DNA of 64,000 nt from Octopus vulgaris (GCA_951406725.2 OX597832.1:27962001-28026000), one strand, 5' to 3'. Positions 14,470-26,294 are shown, counted from the first letter of the stretch. Program-made: numbers and translations. Notes: generated from the sequence alone by a model not told the origin.

Positions 14470-14956
14470 TTGTGTTGAAATCAAACGCGGTGACTGGCAT
14501 CCGTTGCTAGTGGAGCGCTAAGAGTACCATATGAGTGAGATCGTTGCCAGTGCAACAAGCTGTCCTTCGTGCCAACGGCACGTTAAATACACCATTCGAG
14601 CGTGATCGTTACTGCATTGCCTTACTAGCACTTGTGATGGTGGCACGTGAAAAAACATTCGAGCGAGGTCGTCGCCAGTGCTGCTGGACTGGCTCCTGTG
14701 CAGGTGGCACATAAAAAGCACCATTTGGACGTGGCCGTTGCCAGTACCACCACACTGGCCCTCGTGCCGGTGGCACATAAAAAGCACCCAGTACACTCTC
14801 GGAGTGGTTGGCATTAGGAAGGGCATCCAGCTGTAGAAACTCTGCCAGATCAAGATTGGAGCCTGGTGCAGCCATCTGGTTCGCCAGTCCTCAGTCAGAT
14901 CGTCCAACCCATGCTAGCATGGAAAGCGGACGTTAAACGATGATGATGATGATGAT
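14470..14956 (+). mobile_element. family C element, long copy with about five tandem ~60-bp subunits
   Basis: Repeated GCAC(G/A)TAAAAAGCACCAT..GAGCGTG..CGTTGCCAG units followed by the shared core and (GAT)n tail. Confidence 0.8.
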
Positions 14957-15233
14957 TCTTGCTGTTCTGCAAGCACCTCATGAATAATTAATTATAGTGA
15001 AACTGTTGGGTCTGAGATTAAATTTTAAGACTTAGGAGGGTCACAACTAAAGATGTATCACAGGAGCTGTCACAGATTTGTGTGCTGCAGATTGAGATAT
15101 GCCATATCACAGTCTCAAATATGACTTTTGTATGTCACAGTCTCAAATATATGACTATTGCATGTCACAGTATCAGACTTATGACTTGTGTGTGTTGCAG
15201 TAAAATGCCATATGACTAAAGACTAAAGACCAG

Positions 15234-15610
15234 CATAATTGTCTTGACACAGTTGGCTTCCTTTTACTAATGGAACTCAAAGGTTTTGACTGCTGGGATG
15301 GTCAGCATCCTTATGGAATAACCCTCTTTCGATATCAGGGAGGCAAATCCCTAATCTAGGACGCAGCGTGTTGCAACATGTTCTCTGGCTCCAACCTTGC
15401 TGCATCAGCTACAAAACTAGGTATTGCCACCCGTAATGCAGAGGAGACAAAAATATTGGAAAGAAAAAATGATCCAGGAGCCTGACCAGCTGCTATCTGT
15501 TTTTGTGCTGGTTACTGTCAAGACCTTGGGTTGTTCTCAGACCCAGTATGGCATCTGACAATCATCATTAGAGACAAAGAAATGGAAAAGTTAAAGAATT
15601 GCGTTGGCAA
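15234..15610 (+). pseudogene. fossil restriction-like endonuclease region of a CRE-type non-LTR retrotransposon
   Basis: Translates as LDTVGFLLLMELKGFDCWDGQHPYGITLFRYQGGKSLI*DAACCNMFSGSNLAASATKLGIATRNAEETK then, after frameshift, VTVKTLG; matches the EP.GL.R.DGKRPDG.T..P...GK.L.WD.T...AE..K..KY...AVET.G pattern; contains stops and frameshifts. Confidence 0.72.
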
Positions 15611-17243
15611 CAGCCTCCTTTTTGACCTCTCAGCACTGAAACTGCAATGGCATTTTATGACCTGCTAGAAACAACAGCCACATCTTCCTCGGATAACAGT
15701 CTGTCTTAAATAAAGAATAACATTGCACAATGTATTCTCTTTGCTTTGGCTGAAACACTTTTGATCATCGTTCTTTTAGACCAGTGCTGGCCCATGGCTA
15801 AACAACAGCATTACTGTTCCCAGAATCTGGTGGTATTCTTTGGCGTTCTCCTTCTTTCCAGTCCTTAAAGAACGAAACCATGTTAAGTTGCTCACTACAG
15901 TCAATAGGAAGCGGTACCGAGACTTCTCTAAATTCACTTCAAACACCAAAACCAGACTTGGACTGGCGCCAGCTGCCAATCCTCCAAAATCCACCACGAA
16001 GTAGAAACAGTGTCTAGCCTGGGTCTAACAATGCGCCACACACAGAGCTGGTCCTTCAGATGAGAAACCCCTAAATTAAAGGAAACTGGTGGCAGAGGTG
16101 GGGCCGGTGGCAGAGGTGGTTGTTGACCCTCATTGTAAAAACCACTCCAACAAGAATCGGTCCGTTTACTTCCGGGATTGGCAGTTGTGCTTGCGTGTGC
16201 ACGCACGCTGTATGTGTGTGTATGTGTCTGTGTGTGAGTGTGTGTGTATGTGTGTGCGCTGGTGTCTGTGTGTGTGGGATCGTAAACAAATCATATTATT
16301 GGATTTTACTCTACCAATCTTTGTTGGAAGCTGAAAGCAGGACAGGCACAAGTTGTATTCGATTGTTGATTGTGTGTGTGCTTTTGCTGCTTTCCCCCCT
16401 ACTCTCTCACCCCTCCCTCCCCTCCATTCACTAGCCCTTCTCCCTCCTTCCCGCTCTCTCTCTCTCTTTCTCTCTGACCTCTTTCTGATATATCCTCCTC
16501 CTACTCCTCCCCTTACTCTCCAGCTTCATTTTCATTTTACTCTCTTTTTTTGAGATCTTTCTATCATCTCTCTTCCTCTCTCTCTCTCTTTGTTTTCCTC
16601 TCTCTCCCCCCTCCCTCCCCCTCTCTCTCTTTGCTTTCCTCTCTTTCATCCTTCCTTTCTATCCCATTCTCATCTCTTGCATCCACACACACACTCTCTC
16701 TCTCTCTCTCTCTGTTTTCCTCTCTTTCCCCCTCCCTCTCTCTCTCTCTCTCTCTCTCTTTGCTTTCCTCTCTTTCCTCCTTTTCTATCCCGTTCTCATC
16801 TCTCGCATCCATACTCATCCCCTCTCCCTCTCTCTCTCTCTCTCTCTCTCCCTCTCTTCATAGATACTTGCAGAAACAACTTAGCATCTCTTGGTTGCAA
16901 GGATGGTGTTGTTGTTATGATGGTGGTGGTGGTGGCGGTGGTGACATTGGCACCAGTGGTGGAGGCGGGGTGGAGACAGCACCAGCAGATGATGTGTGCT
17001 GGTGCTTAGCCAAGTCAGCTGATCATGGCACACAGTGCTCGCACACACACACACGCACTGCTATCATCAGCATAACCGCCACCAACCACGACCACCACCA
17101 CCAACCAAAACATCATCATCACTACAACCACTATAAGCATAGACACTGCCGTTACCAAATCACCACCACCACCGCCGCTGCCATATGGGCGTTTACACAT
17201 GAGATTCCTGAAGGAGTAAAAGAGAAGATGAGTTTTCCTAAAG

Positions 17244-17640
17244 GCTGCGTGCGTGTGTGTGTGTGTGCACGCGTGTGTATGTGTGTGTGTGTGAGTATGT
17301 GTATATGTATGTGTGTGCGTGAGTGTGTGTATATGCACGTGTGTATGTGTGTGAGTGTGTGTATATGCACGTGTGTATGTGTGTGTGTATATGCACGTGT
17401 GTATGTGTGTGTGTGTGTGAGAGTGTATATGCACGTGTGTGTGAGTGTGTGTATATGTATGTGTGTGTGTGTGAGTATATGCACATGTGTATGTGTGAAT
17501 GTGTGTATATGCACATGTGTATCTGTGTGTGTGTGTGTGTGTGAGTGTATATGCACGTGTGTGTGTGTGAGTGTGTGTATGTGCACGTGTGTGTGTGTGT
17601 GTGTGAGTGTGTGTGTATGCACGTGTGTATGTGTGTGTGT
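17244..17640. repeat. (GT)n compound repeat with ATGCAC interruptions
   Basis: Directly visible. Confidence 0.95.
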
Positions 17641-18919
17641 TGTAAGGGAAATGTGTTTGTATTTATTGAGACACGAATCCTGGTGTAATGGAAAGATGAT
17701 GAGGAGGGGGTTAGAGGAAAGTGATGCAGAAGGGGTTGTGGCATTCATGCTGTTTTTGTGGGACGTTAACCCAACGTTAGTACTGAGGGTAGGGAGACGG
17801 GTGCCACCCACAGTCTGGCTGTCTGTGTCTCCATTCCCAAGTATATTACTGGTATGTATCTGGCCCAGATTCCTTCCTCACCACCGGCTGGGTTTGAACC
17901 AGGAACCCAGAAGAGTCGAATGTCGATCCTTTGAATTCCAATCCACCCAGCGATGGCAGCAGCAGCAGCAGCTAGGATGGTGGTGGTGGTAGTGGTGGTG
18001 GTAGTGGTGGTGGTGGTGGTTATGTTCCTTATCCAGCATTCCTATGATAAAAAGGCATTCCAGCTATGACCATCCTGTCTTTTATTCTACACTAGGCACT
18101 GAATACATTCCTCAAAGTGTTTTTTGATGGTGGGGGGAGAGATGGAGAGAGAGAGAGAGTGTGTGATTTGAAAATTTTGCTGCTATTTCTAGCAAGGCGA
18201 GCGACTGTGGTGGTGGTGGCGGTAGTTGGGGTGGACTCGGCCACTGCAATAGTGCAAGATATACACCACCACCACTAACAACAACAACAACAACCACGAC
18301 TATGTACTGGCTTGACCTGCAAGAAATAACAGCCAAATTCCACCAAAATCAAACAATTCATTCTTAAAAAAAATAAAAGCGACACATTTGGCAGTGTGAT
18401 GCGAAGGGGAAAAAATAGTCGGGATGGGCACGGCCGGAGTGTCCTTTGTGTATGCGCCTGCTTGATCGTAGCTGACCCAGGGGTAAACAGCAGCAACAAC
18501 AAGAACAACGGTGCCACGTCGTGTTTAGACTCCAACCAGCGTCGACGCCGTCTTTGTTGCCTTCCTCCTCCTCCTCTCACTGTGGTTCTTCCTCTCCCTG
18601 CTACAAACAAGTCTCTTCCAGTATCACGTACGTTTCGGGTTCGAATCTCGCTCGATCAATTAAAATGATCAATAGCATTTCCTCACCCCCCCCCCCCACG
18701 CCTCCCCGCCATCTCCCTCATGAGATGTGTACCAGTTATAAGCTAGGGTTGATCAGCAAATTTACTACCATCACTACTACCACCACCACCACCACCACCA
18801 CTTCTACAACCACCACTACTACAACCACTACTACTACTACTACTGCGGCTGCTACTACTGCTGCATCGTGGACCTTAAACTTCATATTTCTCGTAGCAGC
18901 TGCCAATGTTCTGTAGCAT

Positions 18920-18960
<41 letters not shown>

Positions 18961-19152
18961 TACACATACATAGATACACGTGTGTGTCTATGCAAACATA
19001 CGCACATACACACACGCGCGCGCGCAGCCTGACACGTGTACTTGCGTGTTAAAATATACACACACGCATGCAGTGATAACGCATGTGCGTGAACAAACAT
19101 ACATGCGCAGATACACACACATATCTATATCGGTCTCTCTCTCTCTCACCAT

Positions 19153-19183
<31 letters not shown>

Positions 19184-19231
19184 GAGACAGGCACACACAC
19201 ACACACACAGACAGGCACACACACACACACA

Positions 19232-19280
<49 letters not shown>

Positions 19281-19626
19281 ACAGGCACACACACACACAC
19301 AGACAGGCACACACACACACACACACAGACACACACACACACACACACACACAAACAGGCACACAGACATGCACACACACACACACACAGAGACAGGCAC
19401 ACACACATACAGACAGGCACACACACTCACACACAGACATGCACACACACACACAGACAGGCACACACACAGACAGGCACACACACACACACACAGACAG
19501 GCACACACACACACACACAGACACACAGGCACACACACACAGACATGCACACACACACACACAGACAGGCACACACAGACAGGCACACACACACACACAC
19601 ACGTATGCATGTGTGTGTGTGTGTGT
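18920..19626. repeat. (CA)n compound repeat with AGACAGGC interruptions
   Basis: Directly visible. Confidence 0.95.
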
Positions 19627-19870
19627 AGTATCCCCCGTACGCAATCGTCCAGACACGCAGATCGAGACACGTTTACATTCTTCCAACTTGTCAGCTTATT
19701 GCGCGCGCACGCACACGCACGCGCAAGGTTGTTGAGAGAGAGGGGGGAGGGGGAGGGTTGTAGTGTGAGAAGATGGAGTAAAAAGGGTGGAAGAAGTGTT
19801 CGGTGTTTCTCCCGAGAGGAGGCTTGGAGTGTCTCACAGACGTGATGGTCCTGGCTAAGGTTTTATAGTG

Positions 19871-20152
19871 GGTGCTACTAGCGAACAGTGGTCCCGGTGC
19901 TCGCATCCGCGCCAGCTAGTCGTGACCAGTCTATCCTTACTTTGTGTTTTTGTGTTATTTACTTTATTTTAAAAATTATTTACTTTGCGGTTTTGTTTTA
20001 TTTACTTTGTTTAACAAAAATTATTTATTTTGTGTTTTATTTACTTTTGCTAGGGTAGTCGTTGTTGGATCGACTAGTCACGACTAGCTAGCGCCGATGC
20101 GCGAGCGACTGCGCGTGTGCGCGCTCCGGGACCACTATTCGCTAGTAGTACC
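19871..20152. mobile_element. Mutator-like MITE
   Basis: Perfect 10-bp TSD TTTTATAGTG (19861-19870, 20153-20162); long imperfect GC-rich TIRs starting GGT(G/A)CTACTAGCGAA(C/T)AGTGGTCCCGG; AT-rich core of TTATTTACTTT subrepeats. Confidence 0.8.
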
Positions 20153-20649
20153 TTTTATAGTGCCGGTCGATAATGGGACGTCGTGACAATCATGCCTCTC
20201 TTTTAATCTCTACCATCGCGCTTTTCACTCACTCTCTCTCTCAGACTCACACTTTTCTCTCATACTCAAATACTCCCTGTCTGTCTGTCTCCCTCTCCTT
20301 CTCTCTCCCTCCCTCTCACATTCTTTTAACCAATATATGGAATCCCCCCTCCCCTATCTTCCTTGGCTGCGAGGCTTAAAAGCATGGATTGCTTCCTCAT
20401 AACAAACAACATCAACGCCAAATGTTCAATGTCCAGTTTAGTAGCAGACTTTGCTAAAGTCTTGGATATTGGAATTATCCTGTTTCCATATTCAACTAGC
20501 GGATGGGTGGGGGAACACTTGTTAACCGCATCCTCCCCCTAGAAACAGTTAAACCGTTTAATATGCATGCATGTATGTATGAATGCATGCATGTATGATA
20601 TGCTTACACACACGTTCGTGCGAGTGTATATACTCTTTCGTGAGACATT

Positions 20650-20853
20650 TACTCTTTTACTCTTTTACTTGTTTCAGTCATGCTGGAGCACCGCCTTTAA
20701 TCGAACAACTCGACCCCGGGACTTATTCTTTTGTAAGCCCAGTACTTGTTCTATCGGTCTCTTTTGCCGAACCGCTAAGTAACGGGGACATAAACACACC
20801 AGCATCGGTTTTCAAGCAATGCTAGGGGGACAAACACAGAAAGACAAACACAC

Positions 20854-20896
<43 letters not shown>

Positions 20897-21052
20897 TACG
20901 ACGGGCTTCTTTCAGTTTCCGTCTATCAAATCCACTCCCAAGGCTTTGGTCGGCCCTAGGCTATAGTAGAAGACACTTGCCCAAGGTGCCACGCAGTGGG
21001 ACTGAACCCGGAACCATGTGGTTGGTAAACAAGGTACTTACCACACAGCCAC
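20650..21052 (-). mobile_element. tRNA-derived CORE-type SINE, near full length
   Basis: On minus: TGGCTGTGTGGTAA (A box), GGTTCAGTCCC (B box), ACCTTGGGCAAGTG (CORE-like), internal microsatellite, (AAAAGAGT)n tail. Confidence 0.85.
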
Positions 21053-21089
21053 GGTTATCTAATGCCGCTATTTTCACCAGATATGTATA

Positions 21090-21268
21090 TATTTCTTTAT
21101 TGCCTACAAGGGGCTAAACATAGAGGGGACGAACAAGGACATACATAGGTATTAAGTCGATTACATCGACTCCAGTGCATAACTGGTACTTAATTTATCG
21201 ACCCCGAAAGGATGAAAGGCAAAGTCGACCTCGGCGGAATTTGAACTCAGAACGTAACGACAGACGAA
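21090..21268 (-). mobile_element. Nin/Deu-like SINE, 5'-truncated
   Basis: Aligns with 5978-6160. Confidence 0.85.
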
Positions 21269-21290
21269 TTAATACCTTCACACACACACA

Positions 21291-21498
21291 CGAGGAGATG
21301 CGGAAAAGTTCCTGGCCTTCAAGGCTGTCACGAAAGGCCTGGCTTGAGGCCCAACCTTCCAAGTTCTTTAGAAAAACTGAAGGACCGCTGCAATAACAGT
21401 GTGAACCTGAGAAGGAGAATCTGTTGAATAGCACACCATAACCGATTCTCCTGTATTTTCTTTTATCCAAAGCCAGGAATTTTTCAGCACCCCCCTCC
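21291..21498 (+). mobile_element. mariner deletion derivative
   Basis: TIRs CGAGGAGATGCGGAAAAGTTCCTGGC / GCCAGGAATTTTTCAGCACCCCCCTC; retains a transposase C-terminal remnant LEKLKDRCN..VNLR resembling mariner KL..RW.KC....G.Y.E. Confidence 0.7.
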
Positions 21499-21574
21499 AT
21501 CCCATGCACACATACATAAAATTGTTCAGGTTTGGAGATGCAAACAGGAAAAATAAATAGAACTTAAACCATGA

Positions 21575-21700
21575 GTATGTTTCCGACGAAGAGCTCCGCT
21601 CGAAACGTTAAACCCTCCTTCTTTCCTGACCGTCCATTAACACTATACTTGTTCCACGTCCTCGCGTTGTTGTGTTTTCTCTTTGTGTTTTCATGTTTGG

Positions 21701-21707
<7 letters not shown>
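21575..21707 (+). mobile_element. third Penelope-like repeat copy with hammerhead motif (21579-21613)
   Basis: GTTT-CCGACGA-A-GAGC tcc GCTC-GAAAC-GTT-AAAC; begins a few bases before the motif and ends in (TA)n. Confidence 0.65.
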
Positions 21708-21731
<24 letters not shown>

Positions 21732-22493
21732 TGTATTTCGGGACGATCATTTTTTTTTCCAAATATACACACGCATTGTCCGGAAATGTTTCGTCACTCA
21801 TCTGTGACACTCGAAGACGGAAAGTGTCGCTGAAGAATTCCGGACAATGGACATGAGTTAGAATAAGAACAGTAATAAATGAGTAAAGGACGAATATATA
21901 GTGCGTGTATTTAAACCCCCCCCACACACACACACACTCCAAAAAAAAAAAAAGACTATCCTGAAATACAATATCTGTTTCAACACACGACTTCACATCA
22001 GGGATCTTGCAACACAAATTCATAAATAAGAACGGGGACGTAAACACACCAATATCGGTTGTCAAGCGATGGTTAGGGGACAAACACAGACACAAATATA
22101 TATAATGCATATATACACGGCGGGCTTCTTTCAGTTTCCGTCTACCAAATCTGCTCCCAAGGTTTTGGTCAGCCTGAGGCTGCCCAAGGTGCCACGCAGT
22201 GGGACTGAACCTGGGACACAGATAGCAATGGCTGGTCGGTCTTACTGAATCAAGGTTATCGTGGAGTTAAACAACAAGCAGCACCATCAACTCTGGAGGG
22301 AGTTTTGTCTACTAATTGCATGGATAACCTCAGTAGCTAGAAGTTTTTCGACTCGATGTTATGTGTATCTGTTTTTGAGACACTCCCTCTGAGGTATCTT
22401 ACACTCACCTCTCTCTCTCTCTCCTTCCTCTCTCATGCATATTCTCTGTGTCTCCCTCCTTCCCTCTCATATTTCTCTCTCTCCCTCTCATTC

Positions 22494-22544
<51 letters not shown>

Positions 22545-22720
22545 ACTCTTTCTCACATTCATATTTCTCTCTCTGTCTCCCTCCCTCTCATATTTCACTC
22601 TCCTTCTCACTCATATTTCTCTCTCCCTCTCACTCTCCGCCTGTGAAACACCCCACAGTTCTTGGTCCCCACCCCCCATTTTCTCTTGCTCTTTTTTCTT
22701 CTTATTCTTGCCCCCTCCGC

Positions 22721-22853
22721 AATTCCGCCGAGGTCGACTTTGTCTTTCATCCTTTCGGGGTCGATAAATTAAGTACCAGTTGCGTACTGGGATCGATCTC
22801 ATCGACTTGTCCCCTCCCCCCAAATTTCGGACCTTGTGCCTAGAGCAGAAAAG
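22721..22853 (+). mobile_element. 5'-truncated Nin/Deu-like SINE, second tail type
   Basis: 17-bp TSD ATTCTT(G/C)CCCCCTCCGC at 22704-22720 and 22854-22870. Confidence 0.85.
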
Positions 22854-23095
22854 ATTCTTCCCCCCTCCGCTTTCATCTCTCCCTAAATCCGCCCATCTTA
22901 TACATCGCTAACCTACAACACTCGAACACCCATATACACTTCTCTTCACCGTTCTGCACGCGCTTATCTGTCTCTCTAACAACATACATAGTAATAATTC
23001 CTTTCTAACGGTCGAACTCGAAGCAGATAAAGCTATAAATAACAGCCAGTAAATATTAGGTTAAAAAAACCCTTTTGGATAGAAAAAGTCGAATA

Positions 23096-23166
23096 CGGCT
23101 CGTACGACTCGAACCCATATCTTTTCTAAACATGTCAGACGTTCTACCATTAGACCAAAACAGTCC
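23096..23166 (-). pseudogene. tRNA-like Pol III cassette, probably repeat-derived
   Basis: A box TGGTCTAATGG and B box GGTTCGAGTC at tRNA-like spacing; no full cloverleaf. Confidence 0.4.
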
Positions 23167-24306
23167 TTCGAATGTCTCTAGTCATTTTTATGACATAAAA
23201 GAAAATTCTAATAATGAATCTCCGACTGAGATTATTCTCGTAATTAGTTAATTGAAACTCCCTTTAGGCGTTTTCAAATTTAAAAAACAGTAGCAAACAA
23301 GGGACGTAACTTGCATAATATCAGCCAATCCGTTTTATATTTTATTTTTAAGAAGTTAAGGCTAAGACGATGCAGTTAAGAATGGATCTAGTGTTTATGA
23401 CCACCTGAAGCAAAAAAAATGGAATATGTTTCAATCTAGTTACCCCTCATCAGCTAATTATATCCACCTGTCTCCAGTCGTAGCTTTAACAATATCAAAA
23501 CATGTCGCCCCTACCAACACTCCAGTGAACTGCAAATACAAGAACCACTTGTTAGTGCATTTCTCAAATTATCCCTAAATAGGGATCAGCTGATCTGGTA
23601 AAGGTTGCCGCTCTTATTTCGTACTTATAACATTTCAATATCAACTAAAGGGAGGTTCTGTTTTCATATCACGAGGATAATCTCAGCTGATTTAAGTGTT
23701 TTTTTTTTTTTGCATTACATTTATTTATTTATTTATTTTTATTTGCGGGTTCTGGAAGGCAGGGGCCATCAGCCCCCTTCCTGTGTCTAGGTCGATGAAA
23801 CTGGCGACATTGCTGTCCGTTCTGAATCTTTGGAAATTAGCAACAGAGATGGGGAGAGAGAAAGGGGAGGGAAAGGAGAGATAAAGAAGGGGAGAGAGAG
23901 TGTGGTTCGGTCAGGAATGACCGAGTGGATGTTGTGTAAGCCCAACCAGTTTCGAAGAATCGTGACTACTGCGCGCTTGCTTGCAGATGTGTGTGTGTGT
24001 GTTCACGTCATGCAGTGCGCTTTTCTATGGGTTCCCCCCTCCTCCCTTACTCAATATTTATACATTTGAAGTCTTTATGTTCTGAGTTCAGATTGCGCCG
24101 AGGTTGACTTTAACTTTTCACCCTTTCGGGGCCGATAAAATAAATACCGGTTGAACACTTAATGGGGGGGGGGGCAGTCAATGAAATCGACTTACCTCTT
24201 CCCCCCTAAAGTTGCTGGCCTTGTGCCAACATTTAAAACCAACAGGCACACACACACACACACACACCACGAGTTCTGCTGTCCTCACCGTCGCGGTCTC
24301 GGCTCT

Positions 24307-24387
24307 GCGTTGGCTCAGTTAGTAAAGGTGTGAGAGCGACAGACTCACTCACATTCCGAGTGTTTCCGGTTCATATCCTACCAACGT
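24307..24387 (+). other. tRNA-like head (possible rare SINE or tRNA pseudogene)
   Basis: TGGCTCAGTTAG A-box-like and GGTTCATATCC B-box-like motifs, terminal pairing GCGTTGG/CCAACGT. Confidence 0.35.
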
Positions 24388-24704
24388 CACTCGGTTGCAC
24401 TGAAGCAAATAGCTGAAATCTGTTGTGAGTATTTTCTGGAGCAGAACAACATCCGGCATTGCACTCGATTCACTCTGAGAGCTATTGAGGGCGTTACCTG
24501 CAGCGGACCGATTTCTTGTCACGAAACACTACCCTCTTCCTTTTGTTCACCGTGGGGATTTTAGTGTAGATATTAGTGCTGTCTCAGCTGAGTCAATTGT
24601 AAATATATACATTGACGAAGTATACAATTCAGCTCGATCTAAATAGGTACCATGTGGGGTTATTCACTTCGATATGCTTTCTAAAAGTACAATGAAGAAA
24701 TATA

Positions 24705-24930
24705 TACTCTTTTTTTTTTTTTACTCTTTTACTTGTTTCAGTCATTTGACTGCGGCCATGCTGGAGCACCGCCTTTAGTCGAGCAAATCGACCCCGGGAC
24801 TTATTCCTTGTAAGCCTAGTACTTATTCTATCGGTCACTTTTGCCGAACCGCTAAGTGACGGGGACGTAAACACACCAGCATCGGTTGTCAAGCAATGCT
24901 AGGGGGACAAACATAGACACACAAACACAT

Positions 24931-24975
<45 letters not shown>

Positions 24976-25114
24976 CATATATACGACAGGCTTCTTTCAG
25001 TTTCCGTCTACCAAATCCACTCACAAGGCATTGGTGGGCCCAAGATGCCACGCAGTGGGACTGAACCCGGAACCATGTGGTCGGTAAGCAAGCTACTTAC
25101 CACACAGCCACTCC
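24705..25114 (-). mobile_element. CORE-type SINE
   Basis: Aligns with 28268-28704, with an internal deletion. Confidence 0.85.
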
Positions 25115-25133
25115 TTCAGTTTACAATAGATAC

Positions 25134-25370
25134 ATATTTCTTTACTACCCACAAGGGGCTAAACATAGAGGGGACAAACAAGGACAGACATAGGTATTAA
25201 GTCGATTACATCGACTCCAGTGCGTGACTGGTACTTAATTTATCTACCCCCGAAAGGATGAAAGGCAAAGTCGACCTCGGCGGAATTTTGAACTCAGAAC
25301 GTAACGACAGACAAAAAATACCGCTAAGCATTTCGCCCGGCGAGCTAACGGTTCTGCCACCTCGCCGCCT
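25134..25370 (-). mobile_element. Nin/Deu-like SINE, full length
   Basis: 14-bp TSD TTTACAATAGATAC at 25120-25133 and 25371-25384. Confidence 0.88.
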
Positions 25371-25634
25371 TTTACAATAGATACCATGTGGGAAGTATTC
25401 ACTCTAATTCGCTGTAAATAGGTAGAATGTGGCAGGTATTCATTCCACCTCGCTGCAGTTGGGTGCCATGAAGAGGTGTTCTTTGCAGTTTGCTATTTAA
25501 AGGTTTCGCAAAGAAAAGTATAATTCGATTTAGTATAAATAGGTACCATGAGAGGTACTTTGTCATCCAATGATCATTCAGTTTTTGGGAACTTCGATGA
25601 AATTAAGGCCGTTGTATCATAATTGCCATCAACA

Positions 25635-25991
25635 GCGCAGGAGTGGCTGTGTGGTAAAGAGCTTGCTTACCAAACACATGGTTCCGGGTTCAGTCCTACT
25701 GCGTGGCACCGACCAAAGCCTTGTGAGTGGATTTGGGAGACGGAAACTGAAAGAAGCCCGTCGTATATATGTATATATATATATGTGCGTGTGTGTGTTT
25801 GTCCCCCAAGCATTGCTTGACAACCGATGCTGGTGTGTTTATGTCCCCGTTACTTAGCGGTTCGGCAAAAGAGACCGATAGAATAAGTACTGGGCTTACA
25901 AAAGAATAAGTCCCGGGGGTCGATTTGCTCGACTAAAGGCGTTGCTCCAGCATGGCCGCAGTCAAGTGACTGAAACAAGTAAAAAGAGTAA
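25635..25991 (+). mobile_element. CORE-type SINE
   Basis: Head GGAGTGGCTGTGTGGTAA, tail GAAACAAGTAAAAAGAGTA. Confidence 0.85.
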
Positions 25992-26294
25992 CAAAACCGT
26001 GTGCCCTCCAGCTCGAGAACATCTCTAAAATAACCCCCATCTTCACCATGGTCTCTACATCATTTGCTCTTTGGCCTTTTGGATTGGAAAACTTCGTGTT
26101 AGATTCGACTGTGCCGTTGAAGCGTGTTCTGACGGAGGTCTCTTTCTGTTCTATATGTCTGTCTGTCTGTCTCTGTCTCTCTTTGATTCCCGCTATCAAT
26201 TTTTGTGTTCCCTTAACATTCGGTAATGTCTCCCATAGTTTTTCTATCCCTAGTTACTGTCACTTCTCACACACATCCCTATGCAGACATTACC

